DNA from: an uncultured Spirochaetaceae bacterium
GTDB taxonomy: Bacteria > Spirochaetota > Spirochaetia > Sphaerochaetales > Sphaerochaetaceae
DNA length: 64,000 nt
Assembly: GCA_944389105.1 (NCBI GenBank)
Contig: CALXLD010000001.1
Coordinates: 1,209 to 65,208 of the forward strand
Reading direction: 5' to 3'
Shown here: piece by piece, positions 30,365 to 38,084 of the stretch
How the letters are laid out: each line of letters starts with the position of its first letter
Numbering within the stretch: position 1 is the first letter of the stretch
Program-made: the position numbers and the translations under genes
Notes under the pieces: generated by a model
Databases searched by the model: none
Told to the model about the DNA's origin: nothing
Seen by the model: the letters and a program-made list of their open reading frames with translations, nothing else

Positions 30365-31965
30365 ATAGCCTCCTTTCCAGTCTTTCCGACCATCAGCATA
30401 CCGAAATCCTCACTTGGTGTAGTAGCAGGAAGAATACCGGAAACTGCACCATCGGTGACAATCGCGATACGATCGCAGCACTGTCTTAGCTCTTCAAGTT
30501 CAGAGGAAATCATCACAATGGTTACGCCGTTTTTCCTGTTGTACTCCTTGAGAGCCTGGAGAACGAGAGCCTTTGCTCCGATATCAATACCTCTTGTCGG
30601 CTCGGAGACAAAAAGAAGCTTTGGCTGAAGTGCAAATGACTTTGCGAGACAGATCTTCTGCTGGTTTCCGCCGGAGAGCTCCTTTGCTTTCTGCTTTGAG
30701 GATGTGCACTTGATCTGAAGCTGCTTGATGTACTTGTTTGTAACCTCTTCGATTGCAGCCTGATCACGCCACTTTATAAGTCCTCCGAGATACTGCTTGA
30801 GGAACTTGTTCTGGATCTGCATGGCTGTGAATGCGACATTCCATTCCAGCGACTCGTCGAGAAGCAGTCCTACGCCGCGTCTGTCTTCTGAAACGAATGC
30901 AAGGGATGAATCAAGGCAGGCACGTGGATTGTTGAGCGCAATGGCCTTTCCATTCAGCTCGACTTTTCCTCCTGCTGGATAGAGACCCATGATTCCATTT
31001 GGAATACCGATCTTTCCCTGTCCTGCAAGGCCGCCGATGCCGAGGAATTCTCCCTGATGGACGTCAAGGTTGACGTTTCTTACCGTCTCTCCAGGCATAT
31101 CGACCCAGAGGTTCTTTATAGACAGGACGATTTTGTCTGAAAGCGGCCTTATTTCCTCTGTTCTGACCTGAGGACCACCGACTTCACGGCCGACCATCAG
31201 CCTCGCCATTTCAGAAATAGATGTCTTCTTTGCATCAAGCTCGGAGATTATTTTCCCATCCCTCATGACAAGGACCTTGTTGCAGACATCGATGATTTCC
31301 TGCAGACGGTGTGTGATGAATATCACGGAGATGCCCTGAGCGGAGAGATTTCTGATTGCCTTGAGAAGCATTTCTGCTTCCTTCTCCGATAGAACAGCCG
31401 TTGGCTCATCAAGCACCAGAAGCCTGATTGAGCTCTTGGATATTTCCCTGGATATCTCCGTGAACTGCTTATGACCAACAGGCATTTCAGAAACAAGCAT
31501 ATTGGGATCAAGACTTACCCCAAGTTTTGTTATGGCTTCGATTGCTTTTTTCTGTAGGGCCTTTCTATCTATGGTATTTGCCCTCTTTCCGAATACAAGT
31601 GAGAGGACGCTTTTATTTTCAGGTTCTCTGTTAAGTACGATGTTCTCAGCTGCGGTGAATCCGGGGAGCAGCGAGAATTCCTGATGTACCATGCCAATAC
31701 CGGCTTTGAGCGCATCCAGCGGGGATGCGAATTTTACTTCTTTTCCATCTATGAGGACTTTTCCCCCATAGCCGCCCGTTTCATGGATAACATCCATACC
31801 GAAAAGAATGTTCATGAGGGTGCTCTTTCCAGCTCCGTTTTCTCCTACGAGGCCAAGCACTTCACCTGCTTTCAGGGTGAAATTGACATCTTTTAGTACG
31901 GGGTTTCCATTGTAATCCTTGCTGACGTTCTTCATTTCTAGCAAGGGCTTATTCATTTCACTCAT
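30361..31965 (-). CDS. ABC transporter ATP-binding protein (duplicated NBD)
   Basis: Walker A GENGAGKST, signature LSGGNQQK, Walker B LLVLDEPT, and a degenerate second NBD as in RbsA/MglA-type ATPases. Confidence 0.9.
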   Translation of the reverse strand: MSEMNKPLLEMKNVSKDYNGNPVLKDVNFTLKAGEVLGLVGENGAGKSTLMNILFGMDVIHETGGYGGKVLIDGKEVKFASPLDALKAGIGMVHQEFSLLPGFTAAENIVLNREPENKSVLSLVFGKRANTIDRKALQKKAIEAITKLGVSLDPNMLVSEMPVGHKQFTEISREISKSSIRLLVLDEPTAVLSEKEAEMLLKAIRNLSAQGISVIFITHRLQEIIDVCNKVLVMRDGKIISELDAKKTSISEMARLMVGREVGGPQVRTEEIRPLSDKIVLSIKNLWVDMPGETVRNVNLDVHQGEFLGIGGLAGQGKIGIPNGIMGLYPAGGKVELNGKAIALNNPRACLDSSLAFVSEDRRGVGLLLDESLEWNVAFTAMQIQNKFLKQYLGGLIKWRDQAAIEEVTNKYIKQLQIKCTSSKQKAKELSGGNQQKICLAKSFALQPKLLFVSEPTRGIDIGAKALVLQALKEYNRKNGVTIVMISSELEELRQCCDRIAIVTDGAVSGILPATTPSEDFGMLMVGKTGKEAM

Positions 31966-31988
31966 TCTTACCCCTTATATTCATGGAA

Positions 31989-32013
31989 GAAAGGGGAGGA
32001 AACCTCCCCTTTC
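31989..32013 (-). terminator. intercistronic stem-loop between the binding-protein and ATPase genes
   Basis: GAAAGGGGAGG / CCTCCCCTTTC forms an 11-bp perfect stem with a 3-nt loop, 16 nt after the binding-protein stop. There is no strong U-tract, so it may act as a partial terminator or an mRNA stabiliser. Confidence 0.6.
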
Positions 32014-32028
32014 CTGAGGATCAAAGTA

Positions 32029-33246
32029 TTAGTTGAACTCCTTTCCTGTCATGTAGAATGCCCACTCTGGGACTTCTACATCTGTGTTGCCCATGTAATA
32101 TCCCGGATCACCCATGATATATGTATCCTGATATACAAGGACGAAGTTGTCGCTGGAAACACCGGAATTTGCATCTACATAGTAGGAACCATTCCAGTTT
32201 GCACCAGGTGTATAGTAAGAGAATGCCCGTCTGATGTTGCGGATTGATGTGTAATCGAAATCCTCACCATTCATCTCAGCTTCAACAGCTTCGATTGCAA
32301 GGCGTCCAAGACCAGCTGTAGTTGTGTAGCCATAGCTGTATGCCCATGTTCCGAAGCGTCCAGCACCGCCCTGCTCAACAACAGCAGCCTCAACCTTTGC
32401 AAGAATTGCAGGGAAGTCGCCAGCCTCTGCTGAGAGGTCGATTCCGAGAGCTCCAGGATATCCCATCAGAGGTGATGGAAGGTCAGCTTCTACAAAATAT
32501 CCGCCATACTGCATGAGCTGTCTAAGAAGAGGCTCTGTATGTGCATCGTTTGTACAGAAGAATGCTGTGTTCTCGCCATATCTCTCAATCCAGGAAGGTG
32601 TCTGCTCAAGAATATACTGCTGAGCACCTGCGATACCTACGTCGGATGTCGGGTCTGGAGCAGATACATCAACAAATGTCATTCCAAGCTCATTGCATGT
32701 CTGGATCATGATGGCTCTTCTTCTCTGCATCTTCTCCATAGCGAGGTGGCGTGGGAAGGAGATGTGTACGAATGTATCACAGCCAAGTTCATGAGCAGCG
32801 TTGATCATGAGGTAGCCACGTGCTACGAAATCGTTTGATGTTACGAGATCTGCAGCACCTGAGATGAGGTAAGGCTCCTCGTGAGCTTCTCCTGCGAAGC
32901 AAAGGATGTCCGGTCTTACAGCCTTGATCTGGCGGAATGCCTCAGCTGTACCAGGAACTGCCTGGTTTACGATGACAGCCTTCATGAGAGGATCATCAGC
33001 AAGACCTGCGATAACAGAAATTGTTGTTTCCTGCTCTTCCATGAAGTTGTCAGGATATGTCATGTGCTGGATATATCCGCCATCTGCTACTGCGCCATAT
33101 TCAGCAATGAGAGCCTCTGCACCGCGGAGGTCATCCTCTGACTGCGAAACAGTTCCAGTAACGACACCAATGTGGAATGGTGCATCTGCGAACGCTGCAG
33201 AAGAAAGAACTACAAGCACCATAAGTGCTGTTAAGAGTTTCTTCAT
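32029..33246 (-). CDS. periplasmic substrate-binding protein, DUF3798-like
   Basis: Signal peptide MKKLLTALMVLVVLSSAAFA is followed by PFHIGVVTGTVSQSEDDLRGAE. The protein has a periplasmic-binding-protein type I layout and is the first gene of the ABC operon. The family assignment is from memory of DUF3798 N-termini. Confidence 0.65.
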   Translation of the reverse strand: MKKLLTALMVLVVLSSAAFADAPFHIGVVTGTVSQSEDDLRGAEALIAEYGAVADGGYIQHMTYPDNFMEEQETTISVIAGLADDPLMKAVIVNQAVPGTAEAFRQIKAVRPDILCFAGEAHEEPYLISGAADLVTSNDFVARGYLMINAAHELGCDTFVHISFPRHLAMEKMQRRRAIMIQTCNELGMTFVDVSAPDPTSDVGIAGAQQYILEQTPSWIERYGENTAFFCTNDAHTEPLLRQLMQYGGYFVEADLPSPLMGYPGALGIDLSAEAGDFPAILAKVEAAVVEQGGAGRFGTWAYSYGYTTTAGLGRLAIEAVEAEMNGEDFDYTSIRNIRRAFSYYTPGANWNGSYYVDANSGVSSDNFVLVYQDTYIMGDPGYYMGNTDVEVPEWAFYMTGKEFN

Positions 33247-33414
33247 CGTGTACTCCTTATTTAGTATTGATTGACTTTATCATCCGGAGGGTAAGATATG
33301 CAAGCTTTTGCATTGATTTTCATTGAATATGCAAAACATGATGCGAAAAAATCAAATTACAGCGACAAAATATGTCGTAGTATGTGCTGTATAAAACATC
33401 CAAGGAGATTTGCC

Positions 33415-34155
33415 ATGGATGCAAAGCTTATAAACAGCGCAAAAAATGGAGACCAGAAGGCCAGGAATGAACTCCTTGTTGCTTTTGATGGTATGATAAG
33501 CTCACTTGCAAGGCATTATGCTTCAAAGCTTGACGGAGCTGAGCCTTATGATGATCTTCTTCAGGTCGGCAGGATCGGCTTTCTGGAAGCCGTCAGCAGG
33601 TTCGATGAGAGCATAGCTCCGGCTTTTATTCCATATGCAAAGGAAGGCGTTAAGATTGCTATAAGAGATTACCTCAATTCCTCGATAAGGCTGATCAGAC
33701 TTCCCAAGAGCGCGGTTGAGGGGGTGAAAGTCCTCTCCGATGCATATAGAAAGCTGTCGGAGTCCGGAAATCCTTCTCCTGAAGAGGCTGAGGTGATGGA
33801 GGCAACAGGTTTTACGGAACGCAGATTACGGAATGCAGAAAGAAACCGCAGGCTCCAGATGCCGGTCAGCCTTGATTATCAGTATACTGAAGAAGGGGCA
33901 GTTCTTTCTGATTTCATCGATTCTGGTATTTCAGTGGAGGATGATGTCATGAATGAGATTCTTGTGGATAAGCTTTCCTCATCCTTGTCATCTTTATCGG
34001 TTGATGACAGATTCATCATTACATCTCTTCATGGTTCATTCGGCGCGGATAAGCTTAAGGTTTCTGATATAGCTGCAAAGCTTGATATATCCGAGCACAC
34101 CGTAAGAAACAGGGTCCGGAGAATCGAAGGCTGTCTGTACAGAGCAATTTCATGA
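33415..34155 (+). CDS. sigma-70 family RNA polymerase sigma factor (group 3, FliA/SigF-like)
   Basis: Region 2 is DDLLQVGRIGFLEAVSRFD...IPYAKEGVKIAIRDYL. The region 4 HTH is KVSDIAAKLDISEHTVRNRVRRI. SD AAGGAG at 33402-33407 favours ATG 33415 over the ORF-track start at 33298. Confidence 0.8.
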   Translation: MDAKLINSAKNGDQKARNELLVAFDGMISSLARHYASKLDGAEPYDDLLQVGRIGFLEAVSRFDESIAPAFIPYAKEGVKIAIRDYLNSSIRLIRLPKSAVEGVKVLSDAYRKLSESGNPSPEEAEVMEATGFTERRLRNAERNRRLQMPVSLDYQYTEEGAVLSDFIDSGISVEDDVMNEILVDKLSSSLSSLSVDDRFIITSLHGSFGADKLKVSDIAAKLDISEHTVRNRVRRIEGCLYRAIS

Positions 34156-34170
34156 TGATAGTCTTTCAGT

Positions 34171-34656
34171 ATGATAAGAAAAGCAGGACAAGAAGACCTT
34201 GAAGAGATAACCGTCATCTATGATAAGGCAAGGGCTTTCATGCGCGCCAAAGGAAATTCTAAGCAATGGAGGAATGGCTATCCGGGCTTGGAGGCCCTAC
34301 AGTATGACATAAAGGAAGGCCGGCTGTTTGTTCTTGAGGATGACTTCGGCCTCTATGGCGTCTTCATGCTGAGAGTAGGAGAAGACCCGACATATTCTGA
34401 GATAAGGGACGGAAGCTGGCTTGATGATGGTGAATATGCAGTTCTCCACCGTGTTGCCTCTTCAGGAAGGAGGAAAGGAGTTCTTCATGAAGTCATCTCA
34501 TTTGCATATTCTCAGTGCAGCCACATACGAGTAGACACGCATGAGGATAATATACCGATGCAGAGTGCACTTCTGAAAGAGGGCTTTTCAAGAAGGGGTA
34601 TCATAGTGTGTGATGATGGCACGGATAGAATTGCATTTGAGCGTATTTCTTCTTGA
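34171..34656 (+). CDS. GNAT family N-acetyltransferase
   Basis: 161 aa with an acetyl-CoA-binding-like segment, RVASSGRRKGVLHEVI. The GNAT fold pattern is present. Confidence 0.75.
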   Translation: MIRKAGQEDLEEITVIYDKARAFMRAKGNSKQWRNGYPGLEALQYDIKEGRLFVLEDDFGLYGVFMLRVGEDPTYSEIRDGSWLDDGEYAVLHRVASSGRRKGVLHEVISFAYSQCSHIRVDTHEDNIPMQSALLKEGFSRRGIIVCDDGTDRIAFERISS

Positions 34657-34723
34657 GCTCTGAAGATTTTGGTTGTATCCTCTTTACGGAAATGAAACAG
34701 TGTTCCGTTTCTGAGGAGTTTCT

Positions 34724-35809
34724 ATGTCTGTAATTGTAACCTTCGGTGAGGTATTAGCCAGAATAACAACGGAAGGATACTATACTTTCCGCCAGTCGCT
34801 TCCTGGGCGTGTTACATTCTCGTTTGCTGGGGCTGAAGCGAATGTAGCTGCGTCCATATCGCTTCTTGGAGGAAAATCCAGGTATGTAACGGCCCTTCCT
34901 GATAATGATATTTCGGAAGCCTGTCTTGGAAATCTCCGCAATCTCGGAGTCGATGAGTCCCATATACTGAAAAAGGAATCAGGAAGACTCGGTATTTATT
35001 TTGTCCAGGCAGGAGCTGACCAGAGACCAAGCAAGGTCATCTATGATAGGGAAGGATCTACGTTCTCAACCACCGAAGGCTGCGAATATGACTGGGATTC
35101 TATATTTCAGGGAGCTTCGATTCTCCATGTATCCGGAATAACTCCGGCGGTTTCAAAAACAGCTGCTAAAGCGCAGCTTCTGTGCATGAAAAAAGCAAAG
35201 GAACATGGACTTCTGATTTCATTCGACTGCAATTTCCGGTCAAAGCTCTGGAACTGGGAACCGGGAACACCGAAGGAAAAGCTTGCCGGAAGAGTGATAG
35301 GCGAGATGATGGACTATGTTGATATCCTTTTTGCTGCGCGCATGGATGCGGAAGCTCTCCTTGGTATTTATGTAGACTGCGATAAGAATGCCTCCAGGAT
35401 CGATGAGCAGCCATATATTGCAGAAGCCATAAACCGCCGCTATGGTTCCGTGAAGCTTCTTCTTACAACAATGAGGCAGTCAATAAGCGCGACATACAAC
35501 AAATGGGGTGCCGCAATGTATGACATCTCCGATGGAATGCAGTATGTCTCTCCATGTATTGATGGACAGTATGTTCCTTATGATATCACCTCGATAGTCG
35601 ACCGGATCGGTGCCGGTGACAGCTTCGCAGCTGGCCTTCTTTTCGCGCTCACTGATCCGGAGCTCGGAAAGGATAAGCAGAGCGTAATTGATTTTGCAAC
35701 CGCTGCTTCCTGTCTTTGCCATACTATTCTTCAGGATATAAACTTCGTTTCACGCGAAGATGTCCTTGCCCTGATGAAGAGCGGCGGGCACGGGACAGTA
35801 TCAAGATAG
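34724..35809 (+). CDS. kdgK: PfkB-family sugar kinase, 2-dehydro-3-deoxygluconokinase-like
   Basis: VTFGEVLARI...FAGAEANVAASISLLG is a KdgK-type N-terminus. The C-terminal ATP/anion-hole motif GAGDSFAAG is present. Confidence 0.7.
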   Translation: MSVIVTFGEVLARITTEGYYTFRQSLPGRVTFSFAGAEANVAASISLLGGKSRYVTALPDNDISEACLGNLRNLGVDESHILKKESGRLGIYFVQAGADQRPSKVIYDREGSTFSTTEGCEYDWDSIFQGASILHVSGITPAVSKTAAKAQLLCMKKAKEHGLLISFDCNFRSKLWNWEPGTPKEKLAGRVIGEMMDYVDILFAARMDAEALLGIYVDCDKNASRIDEQPYIAEAINRRYGSVKLLLTTMRQSISATYNKWGAAMYDISDGMQYVSPCIDGQYVPYDITSIVDRIGAGDSFAAGLLFALTDPELGKDKQSVIDFATAASCLCHTILQDINFVSREDVLALMKSGGHGTVSR

Positions 35810-35861
35810 CTTGTCACGATACCTTTCCGGTATTACCTTATATAGATATAAGGAGAAAATT

Positions 35862-36239
35862 ATGGGATTTTCAGTTTATAAATGTTCTGATTGCGGGACA
35901 ATCGTGATGCTGATCAAGAAAGGCGGATGCACACCATCCTGCTGTGGTCATGCAATGGCTGAGCTTAAAGCAAATACAACAGATGCAGCCCAGGAGAAGC
36001 ATGTCCCTGTAGCAGAGGTCAAGGATAATAAGATCGTAGTGAAAGTAGGTTCTGCTGCACATCCTATGACAGAAGAGCATCTTATTGAATGGATTGCACT
36101 TGAGACAAAGAAGGGTGTTGAGATCAGATATCTTAGTGCAGGAGAAGCTCCAGAGGCTGTCTTTGCAGATAATGGCGATGCCATAGCTGTATATGGATAC
36201 TGCAATCTTCATGGACTCTGGAAGACTGAAATTAATTAA
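35862..36239 (+). CDS. dfx: desulfoferrodoxin (2Fe superoxide reductase)
   Basis: The desulforedoxin-type centre is YKCSDCGTIVMLIKKGGCTPSCCG. The SOR domain carries EKHVPV and HPMTEEHLIEWI. SD AAGGAG lies upstream of ATG 35862. Confidence 0.85.
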   Translation: MGFSVYKCSDCGTIVMLIKKGGCTPSCCGHAMAELKANTTDAAQEKHVPVAEVKDNKIVVKVGSAAHPMTEEHLIEWIALETKKGVEIRYLSAGEAPEAVFADNGDAIAVYGYCNLHGLWKTEIN

Positions 36240-36282
36240 TAGCGATAGCTTTATTAATAATTTTTTCTATATAAACTATATT

Positions 36283-36318
36283 AATACAGGGGTAAAAATG
36301 TATTACCCCTGTATTTTT
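36283..36318. terminator. bidirectional terminator between convergent dfx and ldhA
   Basis: AATACAGGGGTAA / TTACCCCTGTATT forms a 13-bp perfect stem with a 7-nt loop. A T-run follows on the plus strand. Confidence 0.75.
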
Positions 36319-36324
36319 AAAGTA

Positions 36325-37305
36325 TCATTTTACCTGATTCTGAAGCGGTTTCCCTTCAGAAAAATCCCTGACATTGCCAAGTGTAGTCTCGCTTATTGCT
36401 CTTAGAGCCTCTGTTGTCAGGTATCCCTGGTGGGAAGTTATGATCACATTAGGCATGCTTATAAGGCGTGCGAGAGTGTCATCCTCGATTCCTTCGTCAC
36501 TCTGATCCGTATAGAAGATTCCAGCTTCCTCCTCATATACGTCGAGAGCTGCTCCTCCGATTCTCTTCTCCTTCAATGCATCCAGAAGGGCTTCTGAATC
36601 GATCAGGGCACCGCGCGATGTGTTGATTATGAATGCTGTATCCTTCATCATACTGATCGTATCGCTGTTGATCAGATGTCTGTTTTCTTTTGTCAGCGGA
36701 CAATGCAGGCTTATGACATCGGAAGATTTCAGAAGGGTATCAAGATCAGTAAAGACCACACCATCCATCTGGGAAGGGTATGGATCATATGATAGAACCT
36801 TCATTCCGAAACCAAGGCCGATAGAAGCTGCTGCACGTCCTATTTTCCCGCTTCCGACTATGCCCATAGTCTTTCCATGGAGATCCATTCCTACCAGGCC
36901 GGAGAGCGAGAAGTTGAATTCCCTTGTCCTGACGTATGCATGGGTAAGTTTCCTGACAAGCGCGAGAAGGAGTGCAAAGGCGTGTTCTGCAACAGCGTAT
37001 GGGCTATATGCGGGAACTCTCACTACTGGGATTCCCACGGAAAGCGCATAGCGGTAGTCGGTGTTGTTGAATCCCGCAGAGCGGAGAGCTATCAGCTTCA
37101 CGCCGTTTTCCTTCAGAATATCGATAGTCTCCCTGTCAACAGTGCAGTTGACGAATGGGCAGACGACGTCCGCTCCTTTTGCAAGGAGTGCTGTATTTCT
37201 ATTGAGCTCAGGCTTCAGATACTTTATATCGTAGCCGAAGCTCTTATTGGCCTCATCGAAATGCTGTATATCATAAGGCTTTGTATCGAAAAGAACTATT
37301 TTCAT
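36325..37305 (-). CDS. ldhA: D-lactate dehydrogenase (D-2-hydroxyacid dehydrogenase)
   Basis: MKIVLFDTKPYDIQHFDEANKSFGYDIKY...ALRSAGFNNTD aligns with the LdhA N-terminus. The NAD motif is GIVGSGKIGRAAA. SD GGAGGAG precedes ATG 37305. Confidence 0.85.
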   Translation of the reverse strand: MKIVLFDTKPYDIQHFDEANKSFGYDIKYLKPELNRNTALLAKGADVVCPFVNCTVDRETIDILKENGVKLIALRSAGFNNTDYRYALSVGIPVVRVPAYSPYAVAEHAFALLLALVRKLTHAYVRTREFNFSLSGLVGMDLHGKTMGIVGSGKIGRAAASIGLGFGMKVLSYDPYPSQMDGVVFTDLDTLLKSSDVISLHCPLTKENRHLINSDTISMMKDTAFIINTSRGALIDSEALLDALKEKRIGGAALDVYEEEAGIFYTDQSDEGIEDDTLARLISMPNVIITSHQGYLTTEALRAISETTLGNVRDFSEGKPLQNQVK

Positions 37306-37388
37306 ATTCTCCTCCATACGGAATTTACGAAAATCTCTGCTGATCGGCAACTTGAATGCTGCTGTCGCCTGAGTGTAGAATCTCTGGT

Positions 37389-38084
37389 ATGAAAAAGTTC
37401 ATTCTCATCATGCTTTATGTCCTGCTTCTGTTTTCCTGCACTACGGCAAGGAGCGGGAATTCATATACGGCGGATGAGAAAAGAGCAGCTATCAGCCTTC
37501 TTGCTTCCGATGTCCTTGAACTGGTAAGGAACGATGGGAATATTGACTCTTCTCTTTTTGTCCAGTCTCTTCCCGAAACATACAGGGCTTATTATGGCTA
37601 TTGTCCCATTTACGAATCGCTTTCCGCTGAGTATGCTGCTTCGCTTTCGGAGATAATCTCTCCGCTCCTTGATGCCGCATACCCTATACTGATCGATGCA
37701 TTTTCCCAGATACTGGAGAGCGATGGGATAGATACGATAATTGCTTCTCCTGAAGGTCTTACCGATGCCCTGCAGAGCATTGCTGCACGTGATATCTATT
37801 CGGTGCTTATTGAAGACATTGCTTCTGTATCTTCGGATCTTGATCAGGCATTCAGCGAGTCTTATGGGATTTTCATGTCACTCCGTGATGCATATCTTAA
37901 TCTTTCCATAGTGGGAGAGCAGGTATCGCTTCCGGTACCTCAGGCAATAAGCACGGATCTTGCTGCGTTCATTGCAGAAGATGCGCTTTTTACAAGGATT
38001 GCTGAGCATGAAGTTGCTCTTAAGAGCCGGATTCCGGATTCTCCAGATTCCCTCTATTCTGTTTTCTGGGAGGAATCGATTTGA
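37389..38084 (+). CDS. putative lipoprotein
   Basis: MKKFILIMLYVLLLFSCTT carries a lipobox. The 3' end overlaps the rarA start by 4 nt. Confidence 0.65.
   Translation: MKKFILIMLYVLLLFSCTTARSGNSYTADEKRAAISLLASDVLELVRNDGNIDSSLFVQSLPETYRAYYGYCPIYESLSAEYAASLSEIISPLLDAAYPILIDAFSQILESDGIDTIIASPEGLTDALQSIAARDIYSVLIEDIASVSSDLDQAFSESYGIFMSLRDAYLNLSIVGEQVSLPVPQAISTDLAAFIAEDALFTRIAEHEVALKSRIPDSPDSLYSVFWEESI

Noticed and set aside
33298-33414. Longer sigma-factor start at 33298
   Set aside because: The ATG is part of the ATGCAAGCTTTTGCAT palindrome in the divergent promoter region. ATG 33415 is preceded by AAGGAG and gives a normal sigma N-terminus.
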